Made by a program: the position numbers and the translations under genes. Positions 23,098-32,973 of a stretch of 64,000 nucleotides of DNA are shown in pieces (positions within the stretch are counted from its first letter, which is position 1; the number at the start of each line of letters is the position of its first letter). This stretch comes from Phyllobates terribilis (lineage: Eukaryota): contig NW_027362771.1 in NCBI RefSeq assembly GCF_046119375.1, positions 590,364,001 through 590,428,000 of the forward strand, in the 5' to 3' direction. Under the pieces are notes generated by a model. The model saw only the letters and a list, made by a program, of their open reading frames with translations. It was not told the origin of the DNA and did no database searches.

Positions 23098-23292
23098 GTA
23101 GACTACCTTGTCCAAAAACTTCTGAGAACCAGCAAGATTTCTCCAAAGGCTCCAACAACAAACCGCCCTCAATCACCCAAGAAACCACAACATCTACAAC
23201 CAAAGCAGCTCCATCTCCGGGACAGTCCATACAGACCTTGGAAGGCAGAACACAGAAGGAACCTTCACATCAGAATAATGGCGTACGACAGG
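23098..23292 (+). CDS. cxcl16: CXCL16-like copy A, sixth Cys plus mucin-like stalk exon; 3' end uncertain (candidate donor after 23292, otherwise reads to TGA at 23421-23)
   Basis: Acceptor tctcctctttgcag; phase 1 gives GRLPCPKTSENQQDFSKGSNNKPPSITQETTTSTTKAAPSPGQSIQT. Link to the upstream exons crosses the N gap. Confidence 0.65.
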
Positions 23293-23461
23293 GTACGGAA
23301 GGGCCACATATCATGGGAAGGACTGAGGGTGGGGTGTCATCTTTATGGAGATTAGGCTTCATTCCCAGTCCTAGTTGTGCACGAAGCTTTAAAGGACTAC
23401 TGGTGAACCACGTCACGGTCTGACCACTGCACGCGACAGTCCTACTTTGGGATGAGGGCTG

Positions 23462-23591
23462 GCGTCTCACAAGGAGGCAATCTTTGTCAAGATTGTAAAA
23501 AATTACTCAAGGATTCCGATGTGACGGAACTATTCTATCAGATTCTGATCAAAAATGCAAAATATACATCCTGCTTACACAATATCTCCAG
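23462..23591 (+). pseudogene. cxcl16: CXCL16-like copy B, N-terminal chemokine exon; no splice acceptor
   Basis: VSQGGNLCQDCKKLLKDSDVTELFYQILIKNAKYTSCLHNIS(R); donor AG|gtaaga intact; preceded by gagggctg rather than a pyrimidine tract plus AG. Confidence 0.72.
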
Positions 23592-24298
23592 GTAAGAGAG
23601 ATATATACGTATCCGGCGGTTCTAGATCCTTCCTCCAATTGGGATGGCACATCCTATATATCCTGCCGGTGAGTGACGTGCCCCCTGGGGCCGTGGGGTA
23701 CTCAGAAGCCGGGCCGGTCGGCTCTATTGGGGTAGTCACGGTGGCGTGACCCAGTCCGTGGCCCAGGGCGGTCAATAAACAAAGAAAAGAGGGGAATAAA
23801 GTTTTGGGGGTAAAGTTTCGTCACGCCACCAATGGTATGCGGCTATAGGTGGCCGCCGCTGTTCAGATCCACTGGGGCCGTTGGTGACTGGGGACCGTTT
23901 GCTAGCTGAGTCTTGCAGTCCTCCACTAGTTTGGGGCCGGTCCCCTACTGCGACCTGATCCTTTCACGGTCAGCGTGAACTCGGGCGCACGGGTGGACTC
24001 CGCACTTCCCGTGCCCCTAAGATTCTTTCTCTGTCTATGAAGTCCTTCTCACTGCTCCGGTCTTCTCTCTCCACACCAGGAGGCGGGTCCCCCTGGCTGA
24101 TGGACAAGTCTATTGATATGGCCGTCGTTGCAAAGAGCGGGCATGGCTCTTCGCACCATTCTGTAGCCCGGCCCACGATGGGAGGCTGCTTAACTTCCTT
24201 GGACATACACATGGCGCTTGTTCTTTCTGGTCGGGCGCCACTACTCAGTCTCAAACACAGTCTCTGGGCGCACGAGACCTGGTGTAATGGGTCGGTAC

Positions 24299-24316
24299 AT
24301 CCTGTTCGTGACGCCA
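24299..24316 (-). promoter_or_regulatory. Primer binding site, tRNA-Ser(CGA) type
   Basis: Minus strand TGGCGTCACGAACAGGAT, 4 nt after the LTR end; complementary to the recalled tRNA-Ser(CGA) 3' end ATCCTGTTCGTGACG-CCA. Confidence 0.8.
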
Positions 24317-24970
24317 AGTTTGACGTGCCCCCTGGGGCCGTGGGGTACTCGGAAGCCGGGCTGGTCGGTTCTATTGGGGTAGTCACGGTGCCGTGACCCG
24401 GTACGTGGCCCAGGGCGGTCAATAAATAAAGAAAAGAGGGGAATAAAGTTTTGGGGGTAAAGTTTCGTGAGTCAACCCGTGATATGCAGCTATAGGTGGC
24501 CGCCGCTGCTGTTCAGATCCACTGGGGCCTTGGTGACGCAGCAGAGATAGTTCAGCTCTCCACGGGTAGAGCTAGGCCCCAGGGCAGTAAAATAGGTAGG
24601 CTTTGATGTTGTTGGTGTAGTGCAAGGCAGGTGACGCAGCAATTAAGTCAAGGACACAGCGGGGTGCAGTCTTCAAGTTGTACTCACAGCTTTCACGGTG
24701 CTCCAGGTTACAACTGCTAGCCATGTTATAACAGCCCACCGAGTCCTGTCTCCTCCGGGGAAGTGATCCAGCCAACTCTCAGATAACTTGATTGCACTTG
24801 ATCGGGACCCCCTTCTTGTGCACCTTCCCGGGTCGTCTCTCTGCGCTGGCTCTCGCCCTCCTGCCCTGTGCCTCACAAACAGTGTCCCGAGCCAGTGGCC
24901 CCGGGCCTTGTCGTGCGACGTCCTCTCTGTCCCCTTGGTCCTATATGACCACTTCTTCAGGGAACGTGTG

Positions 24971-26252
24971 TGTAACATCCCTGGCGGCGTGCTGGCATGG
25001 TTTACCACCTCCCACCATGCAAGACCGCCATCTTACCTATCAGTCCAGGCTGCACACTTTGCTCCAGTATGTGCTGTGTGCATGTCTCTTGTCTGATTGC
25101 TTAGGGCGGCGGCGCTGTTACTGCCTGATTCTTAAACTTACAGTGTGTGCAGTCCTAATGCCTCCCCAGCCTATTGCTGTGAGTCACTGGATACTTAAAC
25201 CCCCTCCACCCAGTAGGAGGTGCCTAAGCAACACTTTCTTTCAGTGTGTTCTGTGCAACTGAGTTGCCAGGTCCTGTCCTGTATCTTGTCTGTTCAGCCA
25301 CCCTGGGGGCTGTATACACAGGCCCGTTACCTGTATCTGTGACTTCTAGTCTGTTTCCGCCACCCTGGGGGCTGAGTTCCCAGGCTCGTTCCTGTATCTT
25401 GTTCCTGGTTCAGTTCATGTCTTATCAGTGTCCTAGCCCGTTACTTGTCTGTCTCCATGTTCGTATCTTCCCTTTTCCTGCAGTGTCTGAACCTGCACGT
25501 AACTCCAACTCGTTGTCTCTGTATTTCTGTTTGTGAGTTTAGTGTCCACTCGCTACTTCATTGTAAGTACCTTGTGTGTATCTGCTCTGCTTGTCTACCG
25601 CACCTGCGGTTTTGCTCTTCTCTGCTTGTCTACCGCACCTGCGGGTTTTGCTCTGCTCTGCTTGTCTACCGCACCTGCGGGTTTTACTCTGCTTTGCTTG
25701 TCTACCCCGCCTGCGGGTTTTGCTCTGCTCTGCTTGTCAACCGCATCTGCGAGTTTTGCTCTGCTCTGCTTGTCTACAGCACCTGCGGGTTTTGCTCTGC
25801 TTTGCTCGTCTACCGCGCCTGCGGCTCTGTTCCTGTATCCCAGTCTGTACTGGTTCCTATCCTGCCTGAGTTCCTACCTGCCAGTATCTACCTGCCTGTA
25901 TACCAGCCGTGCGTGCCAATACCCACCTGTCTGCATACCAGCCGTGCCTGCCAATACCCATCTGTCTGCATACCAGATGTGCCTGCCAGTAGCTACCTGT
26001 CAGTATGCCAGCCTAATCGGCCTGTTCCTGCATTCCCCGGTGGGTCAACAGCTGTGACCGGGGTCTGACCTGGAGTAGCACCTGGTCCCTCTGCTCGGTT
26101 CCTCCCTGGTTCACGGAGTCGACTGAGCCGCCGTGCGACCTTGGTCGGACCGAGTTGATACTTAGTCACGCCCCTCCAGGCACTCCTCGGTTCATGGTCC
26201 AGTGTGATCACTAACCACGCTCACGCCAGTCAGTCGGGGCGTGTGCGCAACA
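24971..26252 (+). mobile_element. Solo LTR (1282 bp), related to the LTRs at 31055 and 34671, nested in the previous element
   Basis: TGTAAC..AACA; perfect 5-bp TSD GTGTG; internal 36-bp tandem repeat. Confidence 0.88.
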
Positions 26253-26997
26253 GTGTGTGATTTTTGGCTACGGCACTTAGAGATACCGCAGCCTCCGGTT
26301 TGCTAGCTGAGTCTTGCAGTCCTCCACTAGTCTGGGGCCAGTCCTCTACTGCGACCTGATACTTTCACAGTCGGCGTGAACTCGGGCACATGGGTGGACT
26401 CCGCACTTCCCATGCCCCTAAGTAAGATCCTTTCTCTGTCTCTGGAGCCCTTCTCACTGCTCCGGTCTTCTCTCTTCACTCCCTGTGACGGACTCCTGTC
26501 ACTGACTGCTCTGACTAACTAACTCTTCGACGGTCCACACTCACTGCGCTCTTGCTCCTAGGATCCTTCTAGATTTTTCTACCTTTCCTTTTATACTACC
26601 TGTCACGTGACCCACGTCACCAACTATCACTCTACGTGGTCCCCTCTACCTTCAGTCCTTCCTTTAGTGCTCCCCTAAACTACTTCCTCCACCCACCTCC
26701 TCTACCTAGTTCCCCCCTCCAGACAGAGACAGGGACTGTGCTCTCCCTCAGGAGCAATCTCGCCCTTCCCTACTGGAGTGATGTGGTGTTGGATGTGAGT
26801 GGTTGGGTCCCAGGTAGTGCTCTCTCCTTACCCGAGAGTGAGGTACCACACCTCTGGCTGAGATGGAGTACCTCTGTGGCGATTAGACCTGCAGCGGCGC
26901 CACATGAGCAGAGGACACCTCTTGTCTTTGCTCCATCCTTGGCTCTATCTCTCTGTCTTCTCACCACTTTTTTGTATATTTTTCCTCACATTTTCAG

Positions 26998-27077
26998 ATT
27001 TCAGCTACTGGGAGAAGTCTTCTGTGGCCACATAGCTGAATCATGGGTGGACAAAGTCACCGGGTGCATAATAAAGG
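26998..27077 (+). CDS. cxcl16: CXCL16-like copy B, second chemokine exon (80 bp, phase 2 to 1)
   Basis: Acceptor cattttcag, donor G|gtgaga; (R)FQLLGEVFCGHIAESWVDKVTGCIIK, with RFQLL identical to recalled human CXCL16. Confidence 0.82.
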
Positions 27078-27204
27078 GTGAGATTCTCCATCTGCTTTAG
27101 AAATAAGACTATTTATACAGAGGATGAATATTTCTTGTCAAGAAATACATCACATTACAATAGGTATTTTGTCACTTCTAATAATCTTGGTCTCCTCTTT
27201 GCAG

Positions 27205-27474
27205 GTAGACAACCTTGTCTTCAGTCGCTTTAGTTCCAGCTTTTTCCAAAGGCTTCAACAAGAAGTCGCCCTTAACCAAACAAAAAAATCTCAATTTCTA
27301 CAACCAAAACAGCTCCATCTCTGGGACAGTCCATACAGACCTTGGAAGGAGGAACACAGAAGTCTTCAGCGTCTACTAATAAAAATCCCGGTACCACAAA
27401 GAAATCCATAAAGGCCACCATAGGTCCCACCACCATAGCAGCAGGCCCACATCAGAATAATGACCTACTTGATG
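27205..27474 (+). pseudogene. cxcl16: CXCL16-like copy B stalk exon with early stop (GRQPCLQSL*) and a +1 frameshift
   Basis: Same acceptor as 23098; colinear with the copy A stalk; TAG after 9 codons; extra A in caaaaaaatc; candidate donor G|gtacag after 27474. Confidence 0.7.
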
Positions 27475-27509
27475 GTACAGAGGGGCCATAGACCACGGGG
27501 TGGACCATC

Positions 27510-27745
27510 TATCAGACAAGCTTACCATCTATAAGGCTAGCTTATCGTCTATAAGGCAAGCTTACATCTATAAGGCAAGCTTACAATCTATAAGGCAAGC
27601 TTACATCTATAAGGCAGGTTTTCCATCTATAAGGCAAGCTTACATCTATAAGGCAAGCTTGTCATCTATAAGGCAATCTTACATCTATAAGGCTAGCTTA
27701 TCATATATAAGGCAAGATTACCATCTATAAGGCAAGCTTACAATT
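27510..27745. repeat. 19-20-bp tandem repeat (CATCTATAAGGCAAGCTTA), about 12 copies
   Basis: Read directly. Confidence 0.92.
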
Positions 27746-27781
27746 TTGGGGGTCAGCATGATTAGAACAACACCAAATGTA

Positions 27782-27782
<1 letters not shown>

Positions 27783-27821
<39 letters not shown>
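27783..27821. repeat. (TA)n microsatellite
   Basis: Read directly. Confidence 0.95.
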
Positions 27822-27825
<4 letters not shown>

Positions 27826-28164
27826 ATAGTTTTGCTACTTTTCCAAAATGAAAAAAAACTTTAAAAAATAGTTTGTGTTATATATTCTTGCAATTTATTT
27901 TTCGCTTGATAGAGTTTTTGATAGCGCCATTTTGGAGTAACATGACTATTTGATCACTAAGGTATTCTAGAAAATAAAACCTGTCACAGTGTGATCAATG
28001 CATTGTCACCAGGGGCATTGCTAGTGTTTTAAAAGATCAGGCGCCCAAGCTCCAATGTACAGGGAGAGGGACAAATACAGTGTAATTGTGCCCTTACTGA
28101 AGCCCCTTTATGTTTTCATCCACTGCGATACCTTTGACATGGCCCCCAAAGTGAGACCCCCCCC

Positions 28165-29367
28165 ACAGTATGATGTCCCCCACAGCCCACCTATATACAG
28201 TATGATGCCCCACAGCCCCCTTACATACAGTATGATGTCCCCGCATACAGTAAGATTTTCCCACAGCTCTCTATGTACAGTATGATGTCCCCACCACTCC
28301 CTATATACAATATGAAGTCCCCTCATCTCCCTATATACAATATAATGGTACCCACAGCTCCCTATATACAATATAATGGTACCCACTGCTCTCTATATAC
28401 AGTGTGATGTTCTCACATCTCAAAATTCACAATATCATGAACCACAAATCTTCCTATATAAGTTATGATGCCCCACACAATTCGCTATATGCAATATAAT
28501 ATCCCTTATTTCTCCCTTATATACAGTATGATACTCCACAGCTCCTTACATAAAGTATAATGACCCAGAGCTCTCTATATAGTATGAGGCCCCCTATAAA
28601 CAGAGTGATGGCCTCCACAGCTCCGTATATACAGTATGATAGTCACCACAGCTCGTTATACACAGTATAATGGCCACACAGTGCCCTATATATAGTTTGA
28701 TGCCCAACAGCTCCCTATATTCAGTTTGATGCCTCACAGGTTCCTATATACAGTATGATGCCCCCATAGCTCCGTACATACAGTATGATGCCCCCATAGC
28801 TCCCTACTTACAGTAGGATGCCCCAATAGCTTTCTATTTACAATATGATGCCCCCATAGCTCCCTATGTACAGTATGATGCCCCCATAGCTCCCTACATA
28901 CTGTATGATGCCCCCATATCTCCCTATCTACAGTTTGATCCCCCCATATCTCCCTATGTACAGTATGATGCCCCCATATCTCCCTATGTACAGTATGATG
29001 CCCCCATATCTCCCTATCTACAGTTTGATCCCCCCATATCTCCCTATGTACAGTATGATCCCCCCATATCTCCCTATGTACAGTATGATGCCCCCATATC
29101 TCCCTATGTACAGTATGATGCCCCCATAGCTCCCTACATACTGTATGATGCCCCCATATCTCCCTATCTACAGTTTGATCCCCCCATATCTCCCTATGTA
29201 CAGTATGATGCCCCCATATCTCCCTATGTACAGTATGATGCCCCCATAGCTCCCTACATACTGTATGATGCCCCCATATCTCCCTATCTACAGTTTGATC
29301 CCCCCATATCTCCCTATGTACAGTATGATGCCCCCATATCTCCCTATGTACAGTATGATGCCCCCAT
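28165..29367. repeat. 30-bp minisatellite (TATGATGCCCCCATATCTCCCTATGTACAG), degenerate on the left, homogeneous from about 28850
   Basis: Unit counted; 10-aa repeats WGHHTVHREI in the ORF track. Confidence 0.93.
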
Positions 29368-29539
29368 AGATGGATAAATGGATCAAAGAACAGGAATATC
29401 CCAAACAATTAGAATCATATACTGTACTTACAAGAAGGTTGAAGAAATTTGTGAAACAGATTGTTTAAAAATAAGAATAAATGGTAATGAAAACATCCCA
29501 ACAAACTTCTACAATCTTATTACAACCTGGAACAATTCA

Positions 29540-29850
29540 CAATTTCAAATTCACAGAATATTAGAGAAAAATGTAAACATTTTATTCAGAGACCCTTTTT
29601 TAAAAGACATAATCCCCACTAAGCCATCAATCACTTTCCACCGAGCTCCTTTTATTAAATATATATTAGTGCCAGTAAAATAAAAGAATGCTTCATTAAA
29701 CTCACAAAAGAAACCCAACCGGTTAGATGAAAAGTGTAATACCCCAAGATGCATCCAATGGTTCATATCAATCCATACTAAAGATATATTCAGAATAACA
29801 CAAGGACTGGCATGTCAGTCTAGATATGTACGAGAAATTTACCTTATTAA
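29540..29850 (+). mobile_element. Penelope-like element remnant (linker before GIY-YIG)
   Basis: ILEKNVNILFRDPFLKDIIPTKPSITFHRAPFIKYILVP resembles the PLE IL..DP.L..P..F.RAP.LK..L linker. Confidence 0.55.
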
Positions 29851-31054
29851 TTGCAAATAAACACTTTTATTCTACAACTTCAAAGTTGAAGATTGACATA
29901 AAAACTAATGAACTCCAGCAAATGTTTTCACAAAATGCTTATTATTTTTTTAGATATATTTTAAGTATATTTGAAATTAATATATTTATTATCGTGCTAT
30001 TATTTTTTATGTATATCAATAATTATATTATAAATTGGTTGCATGTTTTTACACATTATCAAGATATTACTCTATCATTTTTGTCATTATTTTTCTCCTT
30101 ATGCACACCTAACAATTGTTCACAAGTTCTGATCAACAATATATTAGAATTTAACGGCGATAAAACATAGAGATTTTTCATTGTAAGTTCCTACATAGTG
30201 TCCTCTCCCACCTAGTTTACTATTAATCCCTGTATAGCATCTTCACCACCCACAATTCATTATAGGTCCCTGTATACAGTGGCATGAAAAAGTTTGGGCA
30301 CCCCTGGTCAAAATTACTGTTATTGAGAACAGTTAAGCAAGTTGAAGATAGAATGATCTCTAAAAGGCCTAAAGTTAAAGATGACACATTTCCTTTGTAT
30401 TTTATTCAAAAAAGTTTGGCTACCCTGTATGGTTAGTACCTAGTAGCGCCCCCTTTTGAAAGTATCACAGCTTGTAAACGCTTTTTGCAGCCAGACAAGA
30501 CTATTCTTGTTTGAGGGATTTTAATCCAATCTTCCTTGGAGAATTTTTCCAGTTCTGTGAGACTCCTGGGTCGTCTTGTATGCTCTGCTATTTTGAGGTC
30601 TAGCCACAGATTTTCATTGATGTTCAGATCAGGGGACTGTGAGGGCCATTGTAAAACCTTCAGCTTGCACCTTTTGAGGTCGTTTATTGTGGATTCTGAT
30701 GTGTGTTTAGGATCATTATCCATTTGTAGAAGCCATCCTCTTTTCAACTTCCGCTTTTTTACAGATGGTGTTATGTTTGCATCAAGAATTTGTTGAAAAA
30801 TCAGTGACTCCATTGTTCCCTCTACCCGTGAAATGTTCCCTGTGCCATTGGCTGCAACACAACCCCAAAACATGATTGATCCACCACCATGCTTAATGGT
30901 TGGCGAGATGTTATTTTTCTGAAATTCTATGCCCTTTTTTCTCCACACATACCTTGATAATTGTGGCCAAAGAGTTAAATTTTTGCCTCATCGGTCCACA
31001 GGCCTTGTTTCCAAAATATATCAGGCTTGTTTAGATGTTCTTTAGAATACTTCT

Positions 31055-32830
31055 TGTAACATACCTGGCGGCGTCCTTGCATAGTGGTCCATCTCCCACT
31101 GTGCAAGAGCGTGCACTTGATCTCCAGTCCAGTCTGCTAGCCTGGCTTCCCTCCATGCTGTCTGCTTGCCTCTGTTTCTGCTGCTTAAGGGTGGCGCCCG
31201 ATCACTTCCTGCTTCTTGTAGCTGCTGCAGGCACACCCCTTGTGCGTCCTCAGCCTATTGCTGTCTGTCACCTGGTATTTAACCCAGCTCCTCCCTGGAA
31301 TCCTTGCCTGAGCATTGTGTTCTGTCAGTTGGCTTCCTGTCATTGATGTGCCAGGTCTTGTCTATGCTTCCTGCCTTGCGGTATCAGTTCCCGTGTCTGC
31401 ACTGTGTCCTGTCTGAACTATCTTCTAGCCTGTTGTCTTCTGCCTATCCTGGAGGCTGTATTTCCAGGCCAGTGTGAACACGCTCCTAGCCTGTTCTTTC
31501 CGCCTTCTAGGGGCCGCATACCTAGACCCGTTCCTGCATCTTGCCTGTTCCTGTCTGAACTCGCTCCTAGCCTTTTTGTTCCGCCTTCTAGGGGACGCAT
31601 ACCTAGACCCACTCCTGTATCTTGCTGCTGTGTCTGTTCTTGTCTGAATACTCTCCTAGCCTGTTACCTGTTTTTCTCTATGTCCGTACCTTCCCTTTTC
31701 CTGCAGAATCTGATCCCGTACCTAACTCCTACTCGTTGTCCCTGTACTCCCGTTTGTGAGTTTAGAGTCCACTCGCTACTTCATTGCAAGTATCCTGTGT
31801 GGACCTGGTTCTGCCTTTCCCTTCCAGTCTGTTCCGTGTGTACAGAGCCCTGTCCCCTCTGCTCTGCCTTGCTCACCGCTCCGGCGGTTCTTGCCTGCTC
31901 TGCCTTGCTCGCTGCTCCGGCAGTCTCGCTCTGCTCTGACCCTTTGCTCGCTGCTGCGGCAGTCTCGCTCTGCTCTGACCCTTTGCTCGCTGCTCCGGCA
32001 GTCTCGCTCTGCTCTGACCCTTTGCTCGCTGCTCCGGCAGTCTCACTCTGCTCTGACCCTTTGCTCGCTGCTCCGGCAGTCTTATTCTGCTCTGACCCTT
32101 TGCTCGCTGCTCCGGCAGTCTCGCTCTGCTCTGACCCTTTGCTTGCTGCTCCGGCAGTCTCGCTCTGCTCTGACCCTTTGCTCGCTGCTCCGGCAGTCTC
32201 GCTCTGCTCTGACCCTTTGCTCGCTGCTCCGGCAGTCTCGCTCTGCTCTGACCCTTTGCTCGCTGCTTCGGCAGTCTCGTCCCGCTCCTCTCTCGCTCAC
32301 CGCTCCAGGCGGCCTTGTCCTGCTCTTCTCTCGCTCACCGCTCCAGGCGGTCTCGTCTTGTTCTGCTCTTGCTCGCCGCTCTGGGCGGCCTCACTCTGCT
32401 GTTTGTCCACCGCATCTGCGGTTCTGTTCCTGAGTCCCAGTCTGTACTGGGTCCTATCCACTCGGTGCTCCAACCTGTCATTCCTGCCAGTACCTCCCTG
32501 CCTGCATACCAGTTGTGCTTACCAGGATCCGCCAGTCTGCATACCAGCCGTGTCTGCCTATACCCAGCAGTCTGTGTGCCAGCCTAACCTGCCTGTTCCT
32601 GTATTCCCCTGTGTGGGTCAACAGCCGTGTCCGGGGTCTGTCCTGGAGTAGCACCTGGTCCCTCTGCTCGGTTCCTCCTTGGTGCACTGGCGTCGTATGC
32701 CGTCGTGCGACCCTGGTCGGATCGGGTGGATACTTAGTTACGCCCCTCCAGGCATTCACTCTCCGGCACGGTCCAGTGGAATCACTACATATACACGCAC
32801 ACGCCACTGAGCCCGGGCGTGTGCATTACA
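31055..32830 (+). repeat. 5' LTR (1776 bp) with nine copies of a 39-bp repeat
   Basis: Unit CTCTGCTCTGACCCTTTGCTCGCTGCTCCGGCAGTCTCG; copies counted from CSDPLL repeats. Confidence 0.9.
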
Positions 32831-32973
32831 GCATGCACAGGCCATGGTTTCTGTTGAGCCCCACGGCCTTCGCTCTCTGAGACCTTTTCCAGCGAATACG
32901 TGCATCTAGAAGAAATTTATTTATTTATTTTTTGCTACTAGCTGAGTTCCAGGCGAATTTCGCACCCGTCCAG

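Larger units (their letters stand above)
23674..26904 (-). mobile_element. Internally deleted LTR element (TGTGGCGC-type LTR, tRNA-Ser(CGA) PBS) inserted in intron 2 of copy B
   Basis: TSD TGAG (23670-73 and 26905-08); removing it restores an intron colinear with the 156-bp intron of copy A; 5' LTR 26904 to 24321, remnant 3' LTR about 24075 to 23674. Confidence 0.85.

Noticed and set aside
22540-23355. ORFs of 207-223 aa
   Set aside because: They span the N gap.
23292-23462. A single transcript with two chemokine domains (A stalk spliced to B)
   Set aside because: The available AGs (23438-39, 23455-56) put the B exon out of frame after a phase-1 donor.
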